In this document: piece by piece, positions 9,410 to 19,637 of the stretch
How the letters are laid out: each line of letters starts with the position of its first letter
Position numbering within the stretch: position 1 is the stretch's first letter
Assembly (NCBI GenBank): GCA_041678505.1
Contig: JBAYOB010000001.1
Coordinates: 1,667-65,666, forward strand
DNA length: 64,000 bases
Origin: Candidatus Dojkabacteria bacterium
GTDB lineage: Bacteria; Patescibacteriota; Dojkabacteria; SC72
Direction of reading: 5' to 3'
The notes under the pieces: generated by a model
Told to the model about the DNA's origin: nothing
The model's input: the letters and a program-made list of their open reading frames with translations, nothing else
Database searches by the model: none
Made by a program: the position numbers and the translations under genes

Positions 9410-9582
9410 CATTGTTTAGCCCTATAGTAAATGGTATAATGTAGTACATTGAATATATGTATTCAATGATAAATCTGCTCTTTAAAAAGGTTCTACTAAC
9501 AACTCCATACTATTTCTTGTAGAATCCAATCTACCCTTTATAGACCTAGAGGTTAGTTTGGGTTCTACAGAAAGGAGCTAAA

Positions 9583-9960
9583 ATGGCAACATTTGTTGGA
9601 ATAACAGTGCTGGCAATAATTACCAACACTGTACAGGTGTCAAGGGCGAAAAGATTTTCTTTTCGCCAAATAATGTCAGGAATGCAAATTTGTACCTGTT
9701 TTGTAGTCCTCTTGGCCTTTTTAACAAAAGGCAACACTCCGTCTTTTCAGTTTTGGAGCACATTAGCCTTCTTTTTGATAGGAGTAGGAGAAGGAATAGA
9801 AATAGGTAGTACACTAAAAAACGTACGAATAGAAGGGAAAGATAAAAAGAGAGAAATAATTATAGCATTGAATAATGCTATTGCTGTTTTTCTTCCTGTT
9901 GTTCTTTTTCTTGTTTCTTTATCTCTCATTACTAAGTATATTCCACCTTTTCTCAAATGA
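9583..9960 (+). CDS. Small integral membrane protein, hypothetical
   Basis: A good RBS (aaaggagctaaaATG) precedes a 125-aa protein with 3-4 hydrophobic helices. Confidence 0.45.
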   Translation: MATFVGITVLAIITNTVQVSRAKRFSFRQIMSGMQICTCFVVLLAFLTKGNTPSFQFWSTLAFFLIGVGEGIEIGSTLKNVRIEGKDKKREIIIALNNAIAVFLPVVLFLVSLSLITKYIPPFLK

Positions 9961-9982
9961 GTATTTAAGAGTAGAACCCGAA

Positions 9983-10035
9983 AAGGGGAGGCAATATATT
10001 ACACCACCTGGTGTATAGTACAATTGTCTCCCCTT
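9983..10035. terminator. Long imperfect inverted repeat/stem-loop. The 13-bp arms are aaggggaggcaat and attgtctcccctt, with an internal hairpin. It may be a bidirectional terminator: the T-tract lies on the minus-strand side only.
   Basis: The palindrome sits directly downstream of the 9583..9960 CDS. On the + strand it is followed by an A-run, not a U-run. Confidence 0.35.
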
Positions 10036-10099
10036 AAAAACCCTCTAAATAAAAATTTCCATATAAAATAGCAATAATCATAATTACAGTGTAAAATAA

Positions 10100-11554
10100 G
10101 TGATTATGAGACTATACAGCACACTAGATAAGAAGATAGTAGATATCCAACCTCTTCAAAAAGGACAAATATCCATATATAACTGTGGACCTACAGTATA
10201 TTCAAGGATGCAAATAGGGAATATCAGGGCATATGTAAATTGGGATATATTACATAGAGCACTTGTATATCTAGGATATGACGTTAAAAGGGTGATGAAT
10301 ATTACTGATGTAGGGCATATGACATCAGATGATGATTACGGAAGTGATTTTGGAGAGGATAAGCTAGATATCCAATCACAAAAGGAGGGTGTTCAACCAA
10401 TAGATATAGCAAATAAGTATATTGATACCGTTGTAGAAGACTTTAGAGCATTAAATATACTTACACCAAATGGAGAGTTGTTTCCCAAAGATTTAACATA
10501 CAAAGATGTTCAAAACCATGGATTTACTAGAGCTACTGAATATATAGATGAAATGATAGAAATTATCAAAAAAATAGAGAAGAACGGATATACATACGAG
10601 ACAGAACAAGCACTCTACTTTGATGTTACTAAAATAGAGGACTATAATATATTTACAGGACAATCACTTGAAGAGAAAGAGATAGGGGTAAGAGAAGAAG
10701 TAGAGGTAGATTCTAAGAAAAGACATCCTGCTGATTTTGTACTTTGGATGAAAAAGACAGGAAAATATGCAAATCACCTTATGAATTGGGATTCTCCTTG
10801 GGGAGTAGGGTTTCCAGGTTGGCACATCGAATGTAGTGCTATGGGAGTAGCTTTGTTAGGAGAGAATTTTGATATACATACAGGTGGAGTAGATCACATT
10901 CCAGTACATCATACAAATGAAAGAGCTCAGAATATAGGAGCTTTTGGGCATCCAGTTGTAAATTACTGGATACATAATGAGTGGGTAGTAAACAGAGATG
11001 AAAGTAAAATATCTAAAAGTAAAGGGGCTACACTGTATCTTCCAAATCTAGTAGATATGGGTTTTGACCCTATGGATATTAGATACTATCTCCTTTCTAT
11101 TAACTACAGAACTAGAATTCAGTTCTCGCTTGATGCTTTAAAAGGTGCTAAAAATGCTAGATTAGCTGTTGTGAGAAGGGTGGGTGAGTTAGGTACTAAG
11201 AAAGGTAGTCTAATACCTGAATATATAGATAGATTTAAAGAAGCTTTAAGAGATAATTTAAATATGTCAAAAGCAGTAGCGATATTAAATGAACTCCTTA
11301 AGCTAGATGGCCCTAAGGAGGATATATTGGCTACTGTATTAGATTTAGATAGGGTATTAGGATTAGATTTAGATAGGGCTATTGTAGAAAAAGATAGTGC
11401 CGTAGATAGTGAGGTAGAAAAGTTGCTAAATTTGAGAGAAAAAGCAAAATTGGCAAAGAACTATCAGGCATCTGATAGATTGAGAGATGAAATATTGAAA
11501 TTAGGATATATAGTTAAGGATACTTTACAGGGGCAGAAAGTAGAGAAGGTGTAA
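10100..11554 (+). CDS. cysS: Cysteinyl-tRNA synthetase
   Basis: The call rests on '[20 protein letters not shown]' and the KMSKS-type motif 'KISKSKG'. The ORF track puts the first codon at a GTG at 10100; an ATG at 10106 is an alternative start. Confidence 0.9.
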   Translation: MIMRLYSTLDKKIVDIQPLQKGQISIYNCGPTVYSRMQIGNIRAYVNWDILHRALVYLGYDVKRVMNITDVGHMTSDDDYGSDFGEDKLDIQSQKEGVQPIDIANKYIDTVVEDFRALNILTPNGELFPKDLTYKDVQNHGFTRATEYIDEMIEIIKKIEKNGYTYETEQALYFDVTKIEDYNIFTGQSLEEKEIGVREEVEVDSKKRHPADFVLWMKKTGKYANHLMNWDSPWGVGFPGWHIECSAMGVALLGENFDIHTGGVDHIPVHHTNERAQNIGAFGHPVVNYWIHNEWVVNRDESKISKSKGATLYLPNLVDMGFDPMDIRYYLLSINYRTRIQFSLDALKGAKNARLAVVRRVGELGTKKGSLIPEYIDRFKEALRDNLNMSKAVAILNELLKLDGPKEDILATVLDLDRVLGLDLDRAIVEKDSAVDSEVEKLLNLREKAKLAKNYQASDRLRDEILKLGYIVKDTLQGQKVEKV

Positions 11555-11555
11555 A

Positions 11556-12434
11556 ATGGCTCACAAAACATTATCAATACAATTAAATCAAAGCGAGGTA
11601 GAGAGAGTAAGGGAAGTACTTTTGAGTAATGACTGGTCTGAGGATCCAATCGTTAATGAGTATGTTAATTTAAGGATGAAGAGTAAGAAAGGTTCTGTAT
11701 GTACTCTGTACACTAGTATGAAGGTTGTATTCCAAGGTAATGAGGATTTCTCAAGGATAGTAGAGGATATTAAGAGAAAAGAGGATGTAATACCTAGGTT
11801 AGGAGTAGATGAGGTGGGAAAAGGAGACTATTTTGGACCACTGGTAATCGTAGCCTGTTTTGTTAACAATGAGTTCTTAAAGAAATATAATACGTTAGGA
11901 ATAGGTGATTCCAAAGACTTCTCAGATAGTAAGATAGAAAGGATGTATGAGAGCTTAAAAAGTTACAAGCACTATTACACATCCACCATATACCCTGGGG
12001 AGTATAATGAGTTGTATGGACAATATGGAAATGTAGCTGTGCTTTTAGCAAAGCAACACTCTAAGGTAATTGAGATGGGATTAAAAGATTTAAAACAGAA
12101 AAAGATAGATTGTAAAAGAGTAGTGGTAGATCAATTTTCATCTAAAAAAACTCGTATTACAGATGAATTAGGTCCTTTAGCATTGAGCGAAGAGGTGGAG
12201 TTTGTACAGTTCCATAAAGGAGAATCAGATATTGCCATAGCAAGTGCCTCTATTTTAGCTAGAGGTATCTTTTTGAGAGAGATGGATAAAATGAAGAAAG
12301 AGTATTACTTTGATTTTCCAAAAGGAGCATCTAATGTCATTACCTCTGCTAAAGAGTTTGTTAAGAAATACGGTGTAGACGAGCTAGAAAAGGTTGCAAA
12401 GGTTAGCTTTAAAACAACAAAAAGGGTTATTTAG
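11556..12434 (+). CDS. rnhC: Ribonuclease HIII (RNase HII-family catalytic domain with an N-terminal extension)
   Basis: The catalytic motif is 'GVDEVGKGDYFGPLVIVACFV', preceded by an ~80-aa N-terminal domain. At 292 aa it is typical of RNase HIII. Confidence 0.7.
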   Translation: MAHKTLSIQLNQSEVERVREVLLSNDWSEDPIVNEYVNLRMKSKKGSVCTLYTSMKVVFQGNEDFSRIVEDIKRKEDVIPRLGVDEVGKGDYFGPLVIVACFVNNEFLKKYNTLGIGDSKDFSDSKIERMYESLKSYKHYYTSTIYPGEYNELYGQYGNVAVLLAKQHSKVIEMGLKDLKQKKIDCKRVVVDQFSSKKTRITDELGPLALSEEVEFVQFHKGESDIAIASASILARGIFLREMDKMKKEYYFDFPKGASNVITSAKEFVKKYGVDELEKVAKVSFKTTKRVI

Positions 12435-13347
12435 ATTTTTTCTTTCTCTTTTTACCTCTGTTCTCTGTAAATGATTTAAGAAGTATTACGGCTAGTAATA
12501 TTGTAGCTCCTACAATTAGAGGTAAAATATAGTTAGGTTTCTGTTCAACCTCAAGTATTATGAAGTTTTCATCAATTCCATTGTAAAATCTTCCAATAGC
12601 TCTTTTGGTAGCAAATAGATCAGAAATATGGATAAATTCAACCTCAAGCTCTTCCTCTGTCATCTCTCCTGGGTACAGTTTTTCTTCTTCGTTATTTATC
12701 TTAATATATACAGGAGGATATTTACTATCTTCGTTAAATACCTGGATTTCCCCCATGGGAGAAAGTACGTAATTTGTAATGTTTTGATACAGATATTTAA
12801 CCTTCATAGGTCTTAGAAAAGGTATTCCTCTTTGTGTAATATCTAGATTAATTTGAGCAAAATCAGTGGATATACCAAAGACAGAATTCTCAGGATCAGC
12901 TATATGTAAGACAACTAAATGAGAAAGAGTATCTATTACACCTATGGGGGTGGATTCAGGTAGAAAGATATCTTCTTCTTGCTGTTGTAGCAAAATTAGA
13001 TTGAAATAGGTGCCAGGTTCCATATTTTGTGGTGGTATTATTTCAAAATCAAATACAGCAGTTTCATCTGATTTAACGGTAAAGATCTCTTTATCTACTC
13101 TTACAAATATTTCGCCACCCTCTTTTATCTCAACTTCTTTAGGGTCAAAAGAGTAGGGGATAGGGGTAATTTTAATGTCTTTCTTACCTTCATTTCTGAA
13201 AGAAAATTGTTCTTTTGTCCGTTCTTGGTTTGATATTAAAATCTCTGTTTTGTAAGGAAAGACCCTATTTGCATATGCTTTAGTACAGAAAGGCTGTATT
13301 AAAAACAGAACAAAAAATATTGTAAAAAAAACTCTCTTGTAATTCAT
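12427..13347 (-). CDS. Cell-surface protein with an N-terminal signal peptide and a C-terminal TM anchor plus basic tail (KKRKKKSK). It is a paralog of the 13357..14388 product.
   Basis: The signal peptide is 'FFTIFFVLFLIQPFCTKAYA'. The C-terminus reads 'YILPLIVGATILLAVILLKSF...RGKKRKKKSK'. It shares the motif 'SPMGEIQVFN' with 'TPMGDILLTN' in the neighbouring gene. Confidence 0.5.
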   Translation of the reverse strand: MNYKRVFFTIFFVLFLIQPFCTKAYANRVFPYKTEILISNQERTKEQFSFRNEGKKDIKITPIPYSFDPKEVEIKEGGEIFVRVDKEIFTVKSDETAVFDFEIIPPQNMEPGTYFNLILLQQQEEDIFLPESTPIGVIDTLSHLVVLHIADPENSVFGISTDFAQINLDITQRGIPFLRPMKVKYLYQNITNYVLSPMGEIQVFNEDSKYPPVYIKINNEEEKLYPGEMTEEELEVEFIHISDLFATKRAIGRFYNGIDENFIILEVEQKPNYILPLIVGATILLAVILLKSFTENRGKKRKKKSK

Positions 13348-13356
13348 TCGTGTAGA

Positions 13357-14388
13357 TTATTTAGGTAAGTATTCTTTTCTCTCCTCTTTCTTTCTCTTTC
13401 TTCTGTTAACCCATATGATGATGATAACAGTGATAACAAGTATTGCTATCAAGATATATTTCCAAGGTAACACCCAGAAAGAGGTTTCTGCTGTTAGAGG
13501 AGCAAAACCTGGTTGAGAAGCACGATAGGTTAACATTAAATCTGCTTTTATCGGACCTAGAATAAGTTTACGATCGGTAGTTAAGAAAGAACCGTAGTCC
13601 CAATCTGTCTCATATATACCCGTATTTTCTCTTAAGATACTCTGTCTAGCTGCATTAAATGTAATTGTTCCTACCTGTTGATTAAATATATTTGTTAGTA
13701 AGATATCTCCCATTGGAGTGATATGGGTATCTCCAATATTATTTAATTTTGTCTCAAACTTGATATTAGGAAATTCATAAAAGTTTCTATCTGTTTCAAA
13801 GCTTATTAATTCAGCTCTCTCTACAAATTCATCTCCTATTTTAATTAAGATAGGAGTTCCAGAGCCAAGTACAGTGAATGCTGCAGTACCAATGTTTTCA
13901 TATTCTGTTTCAGAGAGGAAAGCAATAATTACATAGTACTCTCCTTTGGTAGCACCTAAAGGAACATCTATACTGTAGAATATTTTTTCGTTTTTGTTTG
14001 GAACTAAGTCTATCTCTTCTCTACTAACTGTAACCCAGGAGGAAGCAGAGTAGAGTGTTCTTTCTTCTTCAGATTCTGTAAGCATAATGGCAGTACCAGG
14101 TTGGTTTTGTACTTGTCTAAAGCCTCTAATAACAACGTGATATTTAGTAGATTTCTCAGACAGATTCCATATTACTATCTCTCCTTCATGTCTATCTCCT
14201 GGCTGTAATTGTAATTTCTCTGATGCAGGTGCTCTTCCAATGGTGAGTGGATACTGTGCAAAGAGAAGAGTTTTAAAAAAAGACAGAAAAAGGACTACTG
14301 TCAGTAGTGATACAAGGGTTGTTTTTTTACTTAACCATGGGACAGGGTGTAGTTTTTCTTTTTTCATAATTAATAATAGCCACCACAA
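13357..14388 (-). CDS. Cell-surface protein with a signal peptide and a C-terminal TM anchor plus basic tail. It is a paralog of the 12427..13347 product.
   Basis: It has an N-terminal hydrophobic signal. The C-terminus reads 'WVLPWKYILIAILVITVIIIIWVNRRKRKKEERK'. Confidence 0.5.
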   Translation of the reverse strand: MWWLLLIMKKEKLHPVPWLSKKTTLVSLLTVVLFLSFFKTLLFAQYPLTIGRAPASEKLQLQPGDRHEGEIVIWNLSEKSTKYHVVIRGFRQVQNQPGTAIMLTESEEERTLYSASSWVTVSREEIDLVPNKNEKIFYSIDVPLGATKGEYYVIIAFLSETEYENIGTAAFTVLGSGTPILIKIGDEFVERAELISFETDRNFYEFPNIKFETKLNNIGDTHITPMGDILLTNIFNQQVGTITFNAARQSILRENTGIYETDWDYGSFLTTDRKLILGPIKADLMLTYRASQPGFAPLTAETSFWVLPWKYILIAILVITVIIIIWVNRRKRKKEERKEYLPK

Positions 14389-15530
14389 ACAAATGTAACA
14401 GTTTCTTCATATTGTCCTGGGACGGCAGAAGCCCCAGCTCTAGCTCCGTATGTAATGGTAGAGGTTGATAGGGCAGATTGGTCTGACTCTTTGTAAAGCA
14501 AGAGTTGCGCACCAGTAAGACCACTAACACCTAAGGTACCAAATTGTCCAACAGTTCCAGCAGCAAATTTACTTACAACAGTTCCCGAACCTCCTGGAGT
14601 TGGAGAAGATGCAGTTAGACCAAAACCTTCCACACCGAAACCCGTTAACGCTATAGTATTACCTCCAGGATTTGAAGTTATTAGATAGTCATTTGTCCCT
14701 GGAGTGTCATCATGGAAGAGACCGGAATCTGATCCATTGCCTTGACCATATACAACCCAGTAGTAACCCTCAGTATTGGCCGTTTGTATTGTTATATTAT
14801 GATTTCCTGTAACATAGGGTCCTGTTGGATACATTGTACCTAGGTCTACAGTATTGTTACTGATAGCACAGGTAACAGATGGGATTTCTTCAACTTCTGC
14901 AGTTATGGTAACCTGGTCTTCTTCTAGAAGTTTAAATCTAAATATACCAAAATCTAAATTATTACCCTGTTCTAATTCAACGAGGATAGGAGAGTAATCA
15001 GAGGTTTCATTTCCTGTCCCCAGTCTTCCCTCACCACTTTTGTTAGATAACTTAACACCATAACTAGTAGCTGTTTGTAATGCAGTAATACCAGTAATCA
15101 CAATCTTATCAGGATCATTAGGAGTAGAACTACCTTGAGAACAGCTAGCTGAAAGTGTGCCTGGTAGAGCTGTAGTTATGGACCAATCAGAACCTGCACC
15201 TGGAGCATCCGCTGCTGAAGAAGTTACACCTGCTGCAGTTAAACCACCTGCATTTCTACACCATTCCCCATTCTGATCATCGGGGAAATATATAGTTATA
15301 GTACCACCAGTAGCGAAAGCTTGGTTAGTACGAAATTCAAGTACAAATTCTACTTCATTTCCTGCAGTACCGTCTAAATCTGCTTCCATCCTACTTGTGT
15401 AGAAGTACAGAGCTTGAAATCTCCCACGAGCAGCAAAACTTTTAAAAGAAGGCAAGAGAAAAGATACTGTCAGTATACTCAAAACAAAGACAAGAACAGA
15501 GATAAATAACCTCTTTTTATTATTTTCCAT
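14370..15530 (-). CDS. Secreted Gly/Thr/Ser-rich protein, hypothetical. It is a paralog-like partner of the 15597..16802 product.
   Basis: It has the signal peptide 'LFISVLVFVLSILTVSFLLPSFKSFAA'. The composition is low-complexity G/T/S-rich and the C-terminus ends ...CGGYY. Confidence 0.5.
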   Translation of the reverse strand: MENNKKRLFISVLVFVLSILTVSFLLPSFKSFAARGRFQALYFYTSRMEADLDGTAGNEVEFVLEFRTNQAFATGGTITIYFPDDQNGEWCRNAGGLTAAGVTSSAADAPGAGSDWSITTALPGTLSASCSQGSSTPNDPDKIVITGITALQTATSYGVKLSNKSGEGRLGTGNETSDYSPILVELEQGNNLDFGIFRFKLLEEDQVTITAEVEEIPSVTCAISNNTVDLGTMYPTGPYVTGNHNITIQTANTEGYYWVVYGQGNGSDSGLFHDDTPGTNDYLITSNPGGNTIALTGFGVEGFGLTASSPTPGGSGTVVSKFAAGTVGQFGTLGVSGLTGAQLLLYKESDQSALSTSTITYGARAGASAVPGQYEETVTFVCGGYY

Positions 15531-15596
15531 AACGAAAAGGCAGCATCTTTCAATTTAGTTGGTTAAAATGTACATGTAATATAATTTTTTGTCAAG

Positions 15597-16802
15597 CTAA
15601 TATCTGCCTACAGCAACCATAGTTATTTTCTCACCGTAATCATCTGCAGCACTCCTACTAACCCCTGCTCTTGCTTTCACATACATTCCCATTCGCCCAT
15701 TATTTATTGGTCCATCTGCATCATACATTCTAATTGCATTAGTTGATACTTTACCAACAGTATTACCACTTCCTGTGTAGCTTGTACTAGCTGTTATTTC
15801 TCCTAGGTATGAAGATATTTGATAATTAATATAATAATTTTGAAGACCAAATCCTTCTGTACCGAAAGAATCTAAATCTTTATCATCTGATTCTATTAAT
15901 TCAGTAGTTGTTGGACTGTATAATCCTCCATTTTCACCTGAGTGTATTATTGCAGCCCCTCCTGTTGCAGATGATATTAAGTCTAGCCATATTAAGCTAG
16001 GAGCAGTAACTGCGGGTGCAGATGGAAGGAGAGAGTGGTCTCCAATGAAGGAGATAATATATGGAGGCTGACTCTCTGCACTGTATCCCGTATCTGATGC
16101 AATATCTATATCAAAGAACAGAAACCCTATACCGGTCCTTGCAGAAGACACTATACTAAAATCTGATTGTGTAAAATCTCCATGAAGTGCAGTTATACGT
16201 AGGAAATACTCTGTATCAGAGTTTAAGTTTTTAATATTAAAGTCTTCATCTTCCCAGTATTGTTGCGTTCTAAAATCATTAATATCACAACTACTCAATA
16301 TTTTAGGTCTGAATGTAGAGCCATCTATACATCTAACATCAGAAATGAAATCATCTTCAGATATTTGAATCATGTAGAGAGTGTCAAAAGGGTTCTGTTG
16401 TTCTTCTATCTCAAATCTAGCCTTGTCATAGCATCCTCCAGGACCACATATCGCTACCATACCACCTCCTGTTAATTCTTGAGGTCCAGACACACAATCA
16501 GTAGTACCATCAGTATCAGTCTCAAAACATCTGATACCAGGCTGTGCTGCTCTAAATCTAGCTGATGGATCCTGATCTAATCTGTAATTAGCAGAATATA
16601 CTCTAGGATCTGCAGATATTCTCCCAATTGTAGATAGTATGGAGTATTCAGAAGATTCCAATATACCACCACCGCCTCCAGTAGAAACACCAATCATCTT
16701 AAAGTTAGGAGACTCTAATTCGTTACTTAGCACTACACCTGTAGATACCAAGAGTAGGGAGAGCATAAATATGGATACTTTTAATATGTTGGCAGTTTTC
16801 AT
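15597..16802 (-). CDS. Secreted protein, hypothetical
   Basis: It has the signal peptide 'ILKVSIFMLSLLLVSTGVVLS'. It is Gly-rich with several Cys pairs and ends ...AVGRY. Confidence 0.5.
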   Translation of the reverse strand: MKTANILKVSIFMLSLLLVSTGVVLSNELESPNFKMIGVSTGGGGGILESSEYSILSTIGRISADPRVYSANYRLDQDPSARFRAAQPGIRCFETDTDGTTDCVSGPQELTGGGMVAICGPGGCYDKARFEIEEQQNPFDTLYMIQISEDDFISDVRCIDGSTFRPKILSSCDINDFRTQQYWEDEDFNIKNLNSDTEYFLRITALHGDFTQSDFSIVSSARTGIGFLFFDIDIASDTGYSAESQPPYIISFIGDHSLLPSAPAVTAPSLIWLDLISSATGGAAIIHSGENGGLYSPTTTELIESDDKDLDSFGTEGFGLQNYYINYQISSYLGEITASTSYTGSGNTVGKVSTNAIRMYDADGPINNGRMGMYVKARAGVSRSAADDYGEKITMVAVGRY

Positions 16803-16864
16803 ATGTGCAATGATATTGTAAATTATATTAGTTAGTCAAATTTTGATATAATTCTACTGCTTTT

Positions 16865-16951
16865 GGAGAGGTGCCAGAGCGGTCGAATGGGACGGTCTTG
16901 AAAACCGTTGTACAGGTTCCTGTACCGAGGGTTCGAATCCCTCCCTCTCCG
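16865..16951 (+). tRNA. tRNA-Ser (anticodon TGA), with a long variable arm
   Basis: The acceptor GGAGAGG pairs with CCTCTCC. The anticodon stem ACGGT/ACCGT flanks the loop CTTGAAA, giving anticodon UGA. A long variable arm TGTACAGGTTCCTGTAC and a T-arm GGTTCGAATCC follow. It closely resembles E. coli tRNA-Ser(UGA). Confidence 0.85.
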
Positions 16952-16985
16952 TAGTATTAATCTATATAAATTAAAAGTTCTTTTT

Positions 16986-17894
16986 ATGGATAAGAAAATA
17001 TCTCTTTTAGTGTTAGCAGCAGGTATGGGTAGTAGGTATGGAGGGTTAAAACAGATGGAAGGTTTCGGTCCGAATGAGGAGACAATAATAGATTACTCTA
17101 TATATGATGCTATAAAAGCGGGTATTGAAAAGTTTGTCTTCATAATAAGAGAGGAGATGGAGGATGATTTTAAGGAGCTGTTTGTGAAGAAGTATGAGAA
17201 GAGAATCGATATACAGTATATTTTCCAAAGTTTAGATATGGTTCCTGATTGGTACAAGGTAAATCCTGAAAGAGTTAAACCTTTAGGTACAGGACATGCT
17301 CTGTTAGTGGCAAAAGATATAATTAAAGAACCTTTCCTAGTAATTAATGGAGATGATTTCTATGGTAATCACTCTTTTAAAGTATCAGCTGATTTCCTAA
17401 AAAAGGAGTGCACAGAGGAATTGTATGCAATTACTACATACAGGTTAGAAAATGTATTAAGTGAACACGGTACTGTAAAGAGAGGAATATGTAAGGCAGA
17501 GGATAACTATTTAAAAGAGATAGATGAAACTTTTGAAATAGCCAGAGAGAAAGATGGAAAGATTACTGGAAAAAGTTGGAATGGAGATAGGGTGAGGTTG
17601 AGAGATAATGATTTGGTTTCAATGAATATGTTCTGTTTACATCATACTATTTTTGATTCTCTGGAAAGGAGATTTGAGGCTTTCCTAAAGGATAATGAAG
17701 ATGAGTTAGAAGGAGAGTTTCTGCTTTCAATGATACTAAGTAATATGATTAATGATGGTGAGGTTAAATTTAAAGTACTTGAGGCTTTAGATGAATGGTT
17801 TGGTGTTACATATCCAGAGGATGGTCCAGTAGTAAGAGAGAAGATAAAGGATTTAGTTGAAAAATCGGTGTATCCATCTAATCTAGAAATTTAG
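16986..17894 (+). CDS. Sugar-phosphate nucleotidyltransferase (NTP-transferase fold)
   Basis: The N-terminal motif 'LLVLAAGMGSRYGG' matches the LAAG.G.R nucleotidyltransferase signature. The start was re-set to 16986 to avoid overlapping the tRNA. Confidence 0.6.
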   Translation: MDKKISLLVLAAGMGSRYGGLKQMEGFGPNEETIIDYSIYDAIKAGIEKFVFIIREEMEDDFKELFVKKYEKRIDIQYIFQSLDMVPDWYKVNPERVKPLGTGHALLVAKDIIKEPFLVINGDDFYGNHSFKVSADFLKKECTEELYAITTYRLENVLSEHGTVKRGICKAEDNYLKEIDETFEIAREKDGKITGKSWNGDRVRLRDNDLVSMNMFCLHHTIFDSLERRFEAFLKDNEDELEGEFLLSMILSNMINDGEVKFKVLEALDEWFGVTYPEDGPVVREKIKDLVEKSVYPSNLEI

Positions 17895-17930
17895 ATGTTA
17901 CTTGTAAAGCATAAGATAGCAGTATAGAAT

Positions 17931-19571
17931 GTGTTGATTATGAAAAAAATAAAGAAAAAAGATAGTTTTGACAGTAAAAACCCTTACAAGCCAAAAGACA
18001 GAGAGGGTGGGTTTCCTTCTGATATGCCGTATTTCCAAAGAAGGTTCTTTGAAACCTTACCGGGTATATTTACTTGGACACTACTTCTCTTACCTGTAAT
18101 ATTTGCACTGTTAAGGTGGAATATTGCTTTGGTAATATACATATCATTCTTGGTCGCATATTGGCTCTTTAGAACAATCAAGTTTGTTGTAGGGATATAT
18201 TTTGGTGTTAAAAGAATGGAGAAAGAGAAGAAAATAGATTGGGTAGGAGAGATAGAAAAATTAAATTCAGATAAGTTAGCAGATTTAAGATATATCTATC
18301 TTTGTCCTGTGTATGGAGAAAGTATGGATATCTTAGATCCATCTTTTAAAGCTTGGTCAAAGAGTGACATTGGTCCAGAAAAGATTGATGTTGTTATGGC
18401 TATTGAAGAAGCAAAAAAGGATTTACAGGTGAAGAATTTTAATGTGTTAAAGAAGAAATATGGGAGTAAGTTTGGTAGTATGAGATACTATGTCCATCCA
18501 TCAGGAATACCAGGAGAAATAGTTGGTGTTAAGGGAGCAAATATTAACTATGCTGCAAGGGAGTTGGTAAAGGATTTGGAAAAAGAAGGTAAAGATATAT
18601 CTAACTATTTAGTTGCAACATGTGATTCAGATTTAAGGCCCCATCCCAAGTATCTTTCTGCTATTACATACAGGTATTTGACGGCTGAGGAGCCTTTAAA
18701 CACCTTTTATGCATCTGCTGTACACTCATTTAACAATAATATTTGGAATGTACCTCCAATAATTAGGACTCAATCCAATATGTTGACTTTGGTAGTCCTT
18801 CATTTCTGGGCTATTGATAAGACAATCAAAATACCATTTACAGGAGAAACAGTGTACAGGAAAGATACTTTCTCTTCATATGTTGTAAATCTGAAAACTT
18901 TGAAAGAAATAGAGTTTTGGGATCCAGAGATCCCCAATGACGATACAGCTTTTTACTGGAATTCTGCATTAAGAAGTAAAGGGAAATTTAAGAGTCAGGA
19001 AGTATATATTCCAACATATAATGACGCTGTAGAAAACAAGACCTTTATAAAATCACACATATCTTTTTACAAACAGCAGTACAGATGGGGTTGGGGTATT
19101 ATTAACTTCCCAATATCACTTGCAGTTCTCTCCCATGATAAAGAGAATTTCCCTGTTCACAGGAAAATACTTCTTGCAAAAATGATGGTAGAGTACCTAT
19201 GGTTCCTAACCGTTGTCTTTGTTCTTACCTTTGGTCTTAATATAATGGGATGGTTAAATCCTACATATCAATACACAGTATTTTCATATAATCTCCCTCG
19301 AATCCTTAGCTATATTTTTTCCTTAATAATGCTTTCTAATGTTGGAATAGTGATATCTAGAAGGAAAATAACTCCTGTCCCAAAAGATTGGAAGTGGTGG
19401 AGGCATGTATTAGATTTCTTCGAGACATTTTTAATAGCACTAAATATGATTACATTCTCATTTATTCCATATATGCAAGCTATTACTGAGATGATGTTGG
19501 GAAGAAGTAAGTTCAGGCGTAATTTTTATGTTACAGAGAAGGTTAGGATAGAGAAAGAGGAGAACAAGTAA
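17931..19571 (+). CDS. Membrane-embedded processive family-2 glycosyltransferase (cellulose/chitin/hyaluronan-synthase-like)
   Basis: It has the DxD-type motif 'ATCDSDLRP' and the QxxRW signature 'QQYRWGWG'. It has 2 N-terminal and several C-terminal TM helices. Confidence 0.65.
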   Translation: MLIMKKIKKKDSFDSKNPYKPKDREGGFPSDMPYFQRRFFETLPGIFTWTLLLLPVIFALLRWNIALVIYISFLVAYWLFRTIKFVVGIYFGVKRMEKEKKIDWVGEIEKLNSDKLADLRYIYLCPVYGESMDILDPSFKAWSKSDIGPEKIDVVMAIEEAKKDLQVKNFNVLKKKYGSKFGSMRYYVHPSGIPGEIVGVKGANINYAARELVKDLEKEGKDISNYLVATCDSDLRPHPKYLSAITYRYLTAEEPLNTFYASAVHSFNNNIWNVPPIIRTQSNMLTLVVLHFWAIDKTIKIPFTGETVYRKDTFSSYVVNLKTLKEIEFWDPEIPNDDTAFYWNSALRSKGKFKSQEVYIPTYNDAVENKTFIKSHISFYKQQYRWGWGIINFPISLAVLSHDKENFPVHRKILLAKMMVEYLWFLTVVFVLTFGLNIMGWLNPTYQYTVFSYNLPRILSYIFSLIMLSNVGIVISRRKITPVPKDWKWWRHVLDFFETFLIALNMITFSFIPYMQAITEMMLGRSKFRRNFYVTEKVRIEKEENK

Positions 19572-19637
19572 AATTAATCTAGATTTAATAATTACTTAGT
19601 AGAATATCAATATATAATTTTAGTTGGTATTCTTACT

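Noticed and set aside
16908-16985. ORF-track start at 16908 for the nucleotidyltransferase (MYRFLYRGFESLP...)
   Set aside because: It overlaps the tRNA-Ser gene (16865..16951). The internal ATG at 16986 (MDKKISLLVLAAG...) coincides with the conserved N-terminal motif.
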